A DNA stretch of 59,780 nt, the filler included, from Catajapyx aquilonaris (Eukaryota), in NCBI GenBank assembly GCA_000934665.2. It is 3 parts of 3 records of this genome, joined end to end, with 100 filler letters (N's around TTAATTAATTAA, not from the genome) between each part and the next. Parts side by side here need not be neighbours in the genome. Positions count along the whole stretch, not along the records: positions 39,941 to 59,780 come from JYFJ02006379.1; 2 more parts are not named here. The stretch is one strand, 5' to 3'. This document shows positions 49,356 through 59,780 of the stretch, piece after piece (within the stretch, counting starts at the first letter, position 1; the number at the start of each line of letters is the position of its first letter). The notes beneath the pieces were generated by a model. It did not search any database, was not told the DNA's origin, and saw only the letters and a list, made by a program, of their open reading frames with translations. Made by a program: the position numbers and the translations under genes.

Positions 49356-52300
49356 TTAGAAATATCCCAAGGTGGCATAGGTCTTTACGAAGGGAGTGTC
49401 AACTTTGCAGTTCTCTCTGAAAAAGAGATATTAGTGACAGTTAGTAAGGATGGTTTGGTTATTTTGCTTGCAGGATAGAATGGTTGAATTGTACATAATA
49501 ATTTATTAATTTCTTTGGGAATTCATGCAGTCTAGAGGATGTCTAGTCTAGGTCAAATTGTGCAAGTACAGGTCTGATGAAAGGATACTCAGGAAGAAAG
49601 AATGTACAAGAAAATTACTCAGTGCAAATATTTTTAGTATGAAGTAAATTAATATGAGTTTTTGCAGGGTTAGTGTAACCTTTGTTAGTGTTTTTTACTT
49701 AATAAAAACTTGACCGGTCTGGCCTGCAATCCCAAACTGAAGTGACACGAAATTCAATCGTGTGTGTCTTCTTGTATGATCAACCTTTGACGCTGAGTGG
49801 CAGTAATATGGATAAAAATGGATCAAGCGGCTGAAATTCTATAGTACTCATGGCCAAGTCGAGCGTCAGATTTGTGCTGATAAACCTCCGCGAAGGAAAT
49901 AGGCTTTTCGCCGATTTCGTACCGAAACTTATTAGGATTTTCATTATTCATTGTGAAATATACCCAAGTGACCTACTTGTGGATTCATCGAGACCCAGCC
50001 ATGCACATGCGCAAAGCTGAGGCCTGAGAGCTGAAACTATAAATTTTAATACACTCTTATGTTAGAGATGTCTATCGCATGCGAAGTTTCTACCTAATTT
50101 TGCTGTCGGTTACAGGTAATCATTAAGTTCGTTGCACTAACTCAATATTAAGTAAGGGGAGACCTTTACTCTGCGTCATTTACACCACTTATTTCTGAAA
50201 TGAGCTCACATTCGTATCAGAAAGAAATCACAGGGACGCTTCTCTCCACTCTCTCCTGTTGACACCCTTTCAAGGGTGGCTGTTAGTTACGCCACTGAGA
50301 ATCGCATTTAATGGTGTTCCCTATGGTATACGTAACTCGACGTCAAATAAAGAAGCGACTGATTCAAGGATCTGCGAAATTGTCACCAATACGGATACGA
50401 GCTCAATTCTTAATACACTATCACAGTAGAATTTGTCTCCACTCTCCAAGCACAATTTAAATTTCTGCTAGATTCCGAAACAATTAAAATAAATACACGG
50501 TATAGGTCCAGATCACGTGCAACTAACTAGCACTACTGCGTCGAACCTCGTTAAGTGTGATCCAATATGCTAGCCGCATAAGAAAGTCGAAGCAGCACAG
50601 AAGACGTCGACTCATGTTGACAAACCCTTCCCCTCCCATTCCCATGATGCCACTCACTCGTCTTCCCAGGGGCAGATGTCCGAGATGGATGCTGGAAGTG
50701 AAGCGCCTGCACCACCACTAGTCCCGGCAACAGCAGCGCCACTGGTTCCTGCCGCGGCCCCATCGGCAGCTTCTTCGCTGGCTCTCTTGGAGATGCGTGG
50801 GGCGCTGGATCTTCGTCGGCCGTGTGGCTGACCTTCTGCCCCTGCCCCTGCCTTCTTTTCTCGACTGCTTCGCCTTCGAACTCCAGACTTTTTCCCTGAG
50901 CTAGATGGCACTGCTGGTGGTGGTTCTAAAGTGACTGCTGCAGCCAGCATTGGTTCAGATTTTTCCATTTCTTCCGGAGGCGTGGCTGGTTCCGGAGTTG
51001 CTAAAGGAGCCTCTCGCACGATTGAGATGTCCAATTCTGTGTCCACGTCGGCGTCCACTAGTGGCACTTCTAGATGGCTCGTGGATCTCTGGTTAGTGGG
51101 AAATGTATGTTTAAAAAGGTACACATCGATTCTCGCTTATATCACTGATCTGCACCTTAAGGGACACTCCACTCAAAATACAAGCTGGGCTCTAAAAATC
51201 GGGCAAAAAATTCTGATTCCGAGGATATAAGCAGTTTTTCTGAGAGACGAACGGTAAGGCCAGGGCGAGCCGTTAAAATTCGGTAATTCGTATCTGCCGC
51301 AAAACAGCAGCGTCTCAACCGGGACTTGGCAGAAATTGGCCTCAGGTTGCGTCATCTTTGGTTCCACGCCATGTTTGGTCCGTGCCACAGTTTCATCCGG
51401 CCACCTCCCGACCCGACCCGACTTACAATCCTAAACCAGTTTCGCCTATACCCGGTGGCGGCGCGCGCGGCAGCGGCGGCGGACTGGACTGGAGGGGCAC
51501 CTCACTAGCAGACGACGCAAATTCTGAGACATTAACACCTCACCCTGGCTTTCCGTTCCGCGTAAAACAAAAACGATTGCACCTTCGGAATCAAGATTTT
51601 TTGCCCGATTTTTAGAGTAGGCCTACCGGTACAACTTGAGTGGAGTGTTCCTTTAACTTACAGTTAGTCTGTGGATCGGGCAATCTCGGTTTCATAATAA
51701 AATAGTGAACACCATACGGTACATACCCTGAGAACACCGCCGTATGTAGAATCGTCCAGAAGACCGTAATCGTCCTTGTTCATCCCGTCTGCAGAACTAG
51801 ATTTTCGACGCGATTTTCCACCTCCTCCACTGCTCAAGCTCGTGATACTTCGACGACCATGGACAGGGGACAGCTGACATGACGTCTTCCTAAGTTGGAA
51901 CGTGATTGTTGGAACAAGTCAATTTACGATAAAGGGGCAGCGTCGATAGCTCAAGATTGCGACATGATATACACTTATGATATGAACCTGCTCTGATCCT
52001 GCGGCGAAGGTGGAGGTGACGGTTGTTTGTGGTCGCTGATCATCGAAAGGTCAATTCTAGTCTCGTCTTTGGAGCAGACCACGTCGGGGAGTTTGTGTGC
52101 CGAAATGGTCGACTGTTTCCGGGCCTGTTTCACTGCGGGTGGCTGTGGCTGTTGCTGTGGTTGTGTTTGTGGCTGTGGTTGTGGAGGTGGAGCCACCTTC
52201 TCTTCCTGCAGTTTCTCCAGCTTTACTTCTTTTTTCGCTACCTCCTTCTCTTTCTTTTCTTCTTTTTCATCTGGTTTGCCGTCATCCCAGGGGCAGACTT

Positions 52301-55300
52301 CGTCCACAGTGGTGACAGTATTGGCTTCGTCGCCCTTCGCAGGTTTAGAACTGGTGCTGGCACTGTGTAGAAAAAACCCGCTTCGAGACCCGTCTGGCCT
52401 GACGTCAGACCAGCCTGCTTGGGCTTCAATATTAGCCTTCCTACTTGTCATGTACGGTGACAAAAATATTTGAAAATCCACACTGTCAGAAAATTTCTTT
52501 AATTGCCGGCATCAATTCAAGTTAATATAATGCATGCTGAAACAGAATTCGGTCATTAATAAGCTTTTGCAGTAATACTGTAGATTTCAATGCGTAATAA
52601 TGCGTAACAGACCAATGACTCATACGAATTAGATATTTCTGAACTGGCGGGTCGAATCATTTTTCAACTATCTCTACACCCAAGATTTTTGTACTGTTGA
52701 TTTATTTAACAGCTTTGTTTCAAAAATGTTACGCAGTCATGTCAAACTAACAATGATATGCTGCATATTGTGGGCCTCATTATTGACTACATTAATGAAA
52801 GTGTTCCCAAAAATATGCTGGTAATGATTTTGCGCATATTTCTAGCCCAACGTACTTTGGTAGCGATAAGAAAAGTGGAATTTTAAAAGTCGGGTTTAAC
52901 CATTTTTAAAACAAATACCCCGTGATAGGGCGGAGCCCTTTTAGGGGGGAAGGGGAAGGTTCCCAAGGGAGGGCACTGTAATTATAGTCATTTCTGACTT
53001 GCTGAAATACACCAGACCTTTTCTCCTGGCCCTGGGCAGAGTAGGAAGTGCAATTCTGCCCCGGCATGTCGGGTGAAAAGCGGAAAAAGACCCGGCCAAG
53101 CAGAGGTGACGGGGACGAGATTTGAACCCCGGCCTCACCCTTGGCTGGCCAGTGGCGTAACCACCAGACCACCATGCCTCCCTGGGTTTATAGCCTTTGT
53201 GAAAACCATAGCAGCTGGGCGGGAAAGGGCACTCGTTACAATTTTTGTGAACAGTTTCATCATATACGGTAATTTTTGAAAATCCGAAGCCAGATGAAGC
53301 AGATTCATAAAAACCGGAACCTATGTTACTTACAATAGGCACATATAACATCAAGTGGGGGAAAACAACGTTATTATTACCTATAATGCAGCAACATGAA
53401 AACAATACTGTACAACAAATAAATGCTGCAGCAAGGCAGGTGAAGGGAAACAGTACACACTTGCAACCGTGCAGTTTCAGCGAGTGGGAAAGAGTGATTG
53501 AGAGTACATTTACATCCACATATTGGGTGAAAATGACACTTAATACTGTAGTACACCGGTACCCGAATTACGCTTCAGATCCCAGTGGTAGAAAATATAT
53601 ACGCAATAAATGAGCAGCACAATATTCCTTCTTACAGCATGGTATTAAATTCCATTGTTCATAAATATTGTGCTATTCATAGTAGTTACAGGGCTACAGG
53701 CTGCAGGAGAAAAGTTCTTCACCAAGTCAGAGCATCGTAATAGACCTATAAAGTGAACAAATTTTATTCATAAGCAGGTTGCATCAAATACTGTAAAGTT
53801 TTGATGGCGTGGATTGCATTGTTGTTAACTGTTTTTCAAACAATTAGTGACAATGAAATACAAGCGTATAAAGCAATAGATGCATTGATGCAATCCGGCC
53901 GTAGTGTTACTCATTCCTGATCATCTCTAAGAAAAACATGCATTAACACAACTAAACTACAGATCTCAGCTACACATACAGTGATGTATATAATATACTA
54001 CATACACAACACGAGGAGCAGTGACTAAAGAATTCATAATGAATACCATTAAGCTGTATGTACTGTATATCTGTGAATGTACCGGTATATATGATTGTAT
54101 AGGGTTTATGAATATTTCATCAATCAGGATTAATTTATTCTGGTGGAATATTGCACCTTCTGTGGATGTGGTAAATATTACTGGACATAATTTATTCTTC
54201 GCAATAATTTTGAAGTTTAAATCAATCTGACTTCTTGGTTGTAAGTACACCGATCTTGCAGAGTCTCATAGGGAGTTGAACTCCGACAGCAGTTGGATTG
54301 TGTTTCTCGAGTGTTCACCATTATACCATGAGATTCAAGCATAGCTTTGCTCTCGCAGTCGGTACCGCATGATTCAAATGCATTGTGTAACTGCTGTGCA
54401 CGTAATTACACGATGACATAACTTACTATAAGTGTAGCTGGTTGGGCAATCTGGTCCAACATTACCACGTGCACAGAATACATTACTACAGCCATGTGTC
54501 TGTAATTATCACAGAGTGTAAGTGAAAGAATGCAAATGACATAGTTTTGTCATGGGCTCTGTTTATAATTCTAGGGGGGAAATCCGCTTTATCCTGTGTC
54601 GACCGGATTTGCTTTTCGATGACAGTGTTCTAGGTAGTCTTTCCGTTAAGCCCCACCAAGCACAACAAAGCAAAATTAGCAAGCAGCACATTCAGCCATT
54701 GTGAAAAGAAAATACAAGCTCAAAATATTTCTGTTAAAATGTTGTCTACAAAAGGTATATGCAGCAGAAGAAAAGCAAAAGCAGGGAGAAATGAAATCAC
54801 CTGCTACTCGGACCAAGGCAGAGACTAACGGAGCGGCAGATTGACAAGGGGCAGGCGACATGCTGGAGGGCCACGGGAGTCAGCAGGCAGCCCAGCAGTG
54901 GGCGCCACACCAGGCTGCAAAACACGCTGCCACAGGTAGTCACACGCACGCACGCACGCACAGAAAACAGAAAGACGAAGATGCATAGAGATGAGGTTTT
55001 CTGCTACTGCTACTACTGCTACAGCTACAACTGCTGCTGCCACCACTACTACTAAGCAATACATTCCTCCCTATTGCATTTAAGTATATACAAATTGAAG
55101 TCCATGCTAAAAATGCATGAACTGTATTCTGTAGTTACTGATGTCAATCTTGAGCACCTTGAGCAGCCCTTCAAACATGTACTTTCATTCATTTATCGAC
55201 GACATTCCGGCTTCTCTTTCATCATCTCGACGTAAATGAAGTTATCGGTCCAATGAATCAAGAACGACAATAATCACACTGAAAAACACTGGGCAAAAAA

Positions 55301-58300
55301 GATGGGGGCCAGAAGAATCCAAGAGAGCACACACGACGTTGTCCAAAGCGCTTGGATGCAGCACAAATATACCGTCAAAAAAGATGGGAAGTACAGATAG
55401 CATGATGCAGCACCCTCCCATGCAGGGTCATGTACAGTACTATAGGTTGGTTTAGATTATTAAGTGCATGTGACATGTCCCACCCATCCACCCGCCCGCC
55501 CAACCAGCCAACCAACCACCTGTCACATTATGTATGTGAACTAACTCACATTCCGCCCCAGGAGTGGGCGCTGGCCACTTTCCACTGGCTCGGCAGGTCA
55601 CCCCTGGAAGAAGTTTGTCCGGCAATCAGCTTTTGGAAATAAACAATATTCAACCGAAACTGTCCCCTGTTCATTATAAGACGCAATATTTCAAGATCTC
55701 CCTCAGATTATCACTTACGATGCCTTGATCCTGAGAAAAACTGCTTTGGTGAAAGTCTTGATTGGGTGTATCTGAACTTTTCTAACCTGTTGACAAGTCG
55801 ATGTCAATTCTCGATGTCGTTGACTGCAACTGACAAATTCATGAAAACGGAGTAATATCATTCAAAATGTATCATGCTAGTCTCATGCCTATCTGAGGAT
55901 GTCAAGAGCCTGACACTTACTAAATTTGATGGGAAACAGTAACTACTAGATAAGTTAAGTTTCCAAGAGTCCGTCAAAATGTTGCCCAATATTGCGTCAA
56001 GACTTCGCAATTATGCAGTGATTGACGGCCAAGGATGTCTGCGCCAGGCGTTGAGAGCGAAAGGGAAATTCAAGTAGTTTGGAGTAGGTTTGCTAGGTAT
56101 AGTGGAATGTGATGTAAGTAGGGCATATCTGTTCTGCACTTACAGAGCACAAGATCGCCAGACGTCAGAGCTACAGATATCTTACCGCGTTCTCACTTCA
56201 AGTCAGCAACTCTATATCGACTCAAGTAGCAGCTATAGTCCTAGCAGATATCAGTTGTGATGCGATAATTCGAGTTATTTATACATTGCGTCTGATATTA
56301 CAATATTCAGGAGCCATTTTGGATCGCAAAAATTCTGCTGTGCACCAAGCACCAACAAAAAATGGCTCCAAGTTTATGTCATTATGCAACCGCCTAATAC
56401 ACACGAAACAATTTTGTAACCATCACTAAAGAAAATCACCTGGTGGGAATAATTTGCTACAATTACTTAACAGGCAACGATAGCACAGTCTGTATACCAC
56501 TACAAACTACAATATACTATCGGGATTAAGGCAGGCATAGTGGGGAAAGGGATTTAAAGGAAAAGTGGCAGAATGAGCACTATTGCATTTCGATGGCACT
56601 GCACATCAGTTGCAGTGCACAGGCTTAGACATGTTACTACCGTAACAAGCTGCTGCAAACGCCGAAAAGGTTACATAAACACATGATCGCGTAGCACTTG
56701 ATGGGCTACCCAGCAGGGCAATGTTCTGTAGCATCTGTGCACAAGAATTCAAAAAGCTCCAGGAGCGAGAACTTTCAAAATCTACCAGTCACTACTGTAA
56801 TCCCAGAGCCGGCCAAATGTGACCATGCATGCAAATAATGCACTACTAGCTCTAGTTTACAATCGATTATGCATTAAACAGCAGGTATGAATTAGCAGCC
56901 ATTTGAAATTAGTCGCAGCTGATCTCGCCAGGAATTGAGCAATTATTTACATAAATATTCTTGGGAGATACTAGCGGCATCAGCCATAATATGAAGCACG
57001 TGCATATTGTAAAAAAGAAGCATTGGCTGTAATAAACTAAAAGTTGCGTGTATTTACATTATTAAATAATGACAGTTTCTTTTCTTTATATTTCTGAGTG
57101 TTCAGTGATGTGATACAGGCCTGTTAAAATCTGGCTACCCATTTATCCTATGCACTTGTGAATTTCAACTGATTTACACAGATACTTTTTTCCCCATAAA
57201 CAACCGTTCAATGTATGTTCTGCCCTCTAACAGTAACACACTCTTTGCATGTATAGACCTTCAATGTTGGTTGAAATATACAGTAATAAAAATCAATAAC
57301 TTACACTGTAACTGAATAAACAGTCCCTCACTGTCCCAGCAACAAAGGCACAAAACTGTCAACCAATTTAACTGCCAACTGTCAGACACTGTAATACCTC
57401 TGCTTTATAATTATTGACTACAGGACCAACAAATAAACACACAAAATTATTGGATAGTGGTGTTTTGGTCGCTCTGCTTCGTTTGCCTCACTTCGCCTTA
57501 GCTCTCTCAAACTGTTAATGAAGTGATTTTCTGTCGTGAGGGAGCTAAACCATTGCATTTCTCTTTGAAAAGATTTACTTAGTTAGTAGAATAGCATATT
57601 AAATGACGACGACTGCTTCTCCTGCAAGACAGTATTAGTAATGTGTTCTTTACTGTTATAGTAAAAATTTTCATGCTAATCCGAATTTACTGTTTTAGAA
57701 AAGCCCAAGTTGCACTGTTTGCTGCAAATACATAGAGAAATAATGCAAAAGTCGCAGGGAAATTAACAGTAGGACAAATTTTCCATGAATAGGTCACTAT
57801 GCAGTATTCTGAGCTCGCCACGGTATAGGAATCATTGTATGCATATATACTGTGCCTGCACGGTACAGGAACCTGTAATTTTTAATTAGCCTTTCAGCAG
57901 TGTTATTTATATTTTCCAAGACACTGTGCCACTCGACTGATTGAAACGAGATCAATTAATTTACGCTGAACTTGTGCCACCACAAGCCGGAAAATGCGTG
58001 TCATCCGTCTGGATTAATTGCAGTCTCATAAGAGGGGCAATAGAGAGGCATTCACATATTGACGATGTACTCCAAAAGGGAAGAATGTTTGCCTGTCGAG
58101 CCATAGCTAGACTCTATTGAACCTACAATCGAGTATCGAGAGATGTGAGAGGCAAGTGATTGGCTAAATGAAGCATCCTAATCACCTGCCCCGTCATTTT
58201 GGTGCCACATGGCCGATATGTGAGTGCGTCAACTCCATCTGTAAAAGTCACTTCATTCGATCTGAAACAAATAGGTGAACTTCAAGAGAGTCATCCTTGG

Positions 58301-59199
58301 ACTGGAAGCTAACCTGTATGGAATGTCGCACTCCATTTCGGCCAGGTTGCTCTGGGAGTGTGACTTGGCCACCGAGGTCGTTGCCCTGACACCGCCACTA
58401 GCCCCGACAGCAACTACCGCCCCTGCGTCGGGGCTGCCTAATTCCTGTGTAGAACCCAGAAGGCTCTTGTCACTCCCTCGTCGTCGGATGGCTTGACTCG
58501 CTGTGATGATGGACATTCCTGACGGAGGTATCGCCGATGCTGTTGATGCCTTCTTTTTACCTGGAGCTCCGAAACTGAAAAACCTGCAAAATATTATGAG
58601 GTTGATTATAGTGTCCTCCATGTTGTGTGCCCAGCCGTCGAACGTATATCAGGGGAATACATACCTCTTTTTTTGTGAAGGCTGCAGTGCATTGGCCAAC
58701 AGGGTGCGGTATTGCTCGGAACGGATGAACCGAGGATAACAGTCCTTCTTGAGCAAAAGGGCGTACACATGTTCAGAAGCAGCCTCGAATGTGAAGCGGG
58801 ACGGTTTCATCATCTCATGCTGCACGCGCTCCATCGTCTTACCGTCAATGTTGATCTCACAGGGAGCTCCAGGTGCCAGAAACTCACTCAAATTATTTAA
58901 AGGAAATGTTTAGTTAGTGAGACAGGTGACAGCATGCAAATCAGGGAACGGGCATGGTTGTGGTTGGAATTCACCAATCGTTACTTGGCCAGCTTGATGC
59001 ATCCCAACAACAACGACCGAAAACAAAGACGAGAATGCCCGTGTGAGAACTAGTTTAAAGAACACTTACTCAAATATTTCCTTCACTTTTCGAATTATTT
59101 GCGACTGTGAACCACGACGGAGGTCGTTGATAGCCAGCCAAAATCGAATGTTCTCATGGCTATATTCTTTGCGCAGGTAGTTGGTAAACTCTTGCAATC
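49356..59199 (-). CDS. RGS7: R7-family regulator of G-protein signalling (RGS7/egl-10-like), 3' half; exons 59070-59199, 58665-58886, 58314-58583, 55550-55603, 51988-52362, 51727-51889, 50658-51088, 49356-49416
   Basis: RGS domain GLQEFTNYLRKEYSHENIRFWLA...EFLAPGAPCEINID...LLKKDCYPRFIRS; the exons join in frame through GT-AG junctions to ...ENCKVDTPFVKTYATLGYF*; the R7 subfamily call rests on RGS-domain similarity because DEP and GGL exons are outside the window. Confidence 0.8.
51161..51652. mobile_element. Kolobok-like MITE in an RGS intron
   Basis: TTAA flanks; ends GGGACACTCCACTCAA / TTGAGTGGAGTGTTCCT; subterminal inverted repeat CTCTAAAAATCGGGCAAAAAAT / ATTTTTTGCCCGATTTTTAGAG. Confidence 0.75.
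52940..53180 (-). mobile_element. tRNA-derived SINE
   Basis: A-box-like TGGTCTGGTGG and B-box-like GGTTCAAATCT at tRNA spacing, followed by a non-tRNA body. Confidence 0.55.
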
Positions 59200-59780
59200 C
59201 TGTAAATGATTGCAGTATTTTAAACATGCGTACATGCCTGCACTTTTCTATGAACAAAACACAAATACATTGTATACAAAATGCAAAGTAGGCTGTGCAT
59301 CGGTTTTACAATACTCTGAAGGCACGAACAATAAAATGTATACGTTACAGATATATTGTAATGCGTCTTGCATGTCTGCCTCCAGTGCCTCGTTAGATTC
59401 AGAAAATTGTTGGAAATAACATGTTTTCAATAATAATTATTACAGCTAGCCTTAGTTGCTAGAGCATCAGGTAGAAGAGAAGAGAGAAGTGGGAATTATA
59501 TCCCGCACATAATTAGGCTATAGCTTATTTTGGTGGATTGAAATGAAAGGCTTATGGCACTCTTAAACAGTGAAAGTAACGCTCTAGGGCAGAGTTTCCC
59601 AAACTGTGCTCCGCGAAGAGGTTGGGAAAAAAAGGAATTCTTCAATAAGCTATACCCATTCAAATCTCTCAGTAGCTTGTGTGAAGGCGGGTTCACACTA
59701 GCTGACGGGAGCATACGAAACGAACGGAACGGTATGACGGGACGAACGGAAAGAGGTGGGGGGTGTTCAGACACAAAAGC

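Noticed and set aside
51855..51885. A third CPW motif (VPCPWS)
   Set aside because: It is in a different frame from the one fixed by the flanking exon phases, which reads QLSPVHGR
52027..52473. Cys/Gly-rich plus-strand ORF resembling a metallothionein
   Set aside because: It is the antisense of the Pro/Gln-rich RGS exon

Overview
Eukaryotic, probably arthropod, genomic DNA made of three unrelated pieces of about 19.9 kb, joined by artificial 100-bp linkers (N-TTAATTAATTAA-N at 19896-19995 and 39841-39940). Piece 1 (1-19895) has no recognisable host gene. It is a dense mosaic of 18 short fragments from unrelated transposon families or their accessory genes: hAT x4, Tc1/mariner, Merlin, RAG1/Transib-like, Kolobok-like, NOF/MULE-like, a Sola-like candidate, Gypsy gag with PBS, Gypsy RNase H, Penelope RT, YqaJ x2, MADF-BESS, SAMD3-like and an RRM-like gene. 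Every fragment is coded on the minus strand and several keep their introns. This is the main finding: a candidate unistrand, flamenco-like piRNA locus acting as a transposon memory, but dominated by DNA-transposon coding fragments that appear to have been captured as DNA. Piece 2 (19996-39840) is gene-dense: two tandem C2H2 zinc-finger genes, Zwilch, RNF11, an ankyrin-repeat gene and a multi-FN3 gene. Piece 3 (39941-59780) holds the 3' half of an R7-family RGS gene with a long tail carrying PDEgamma/GPR158-like CPW motifs, plus MITEs and a SINE. All family assignments come from motifs recognised by eye; no database searches were run.
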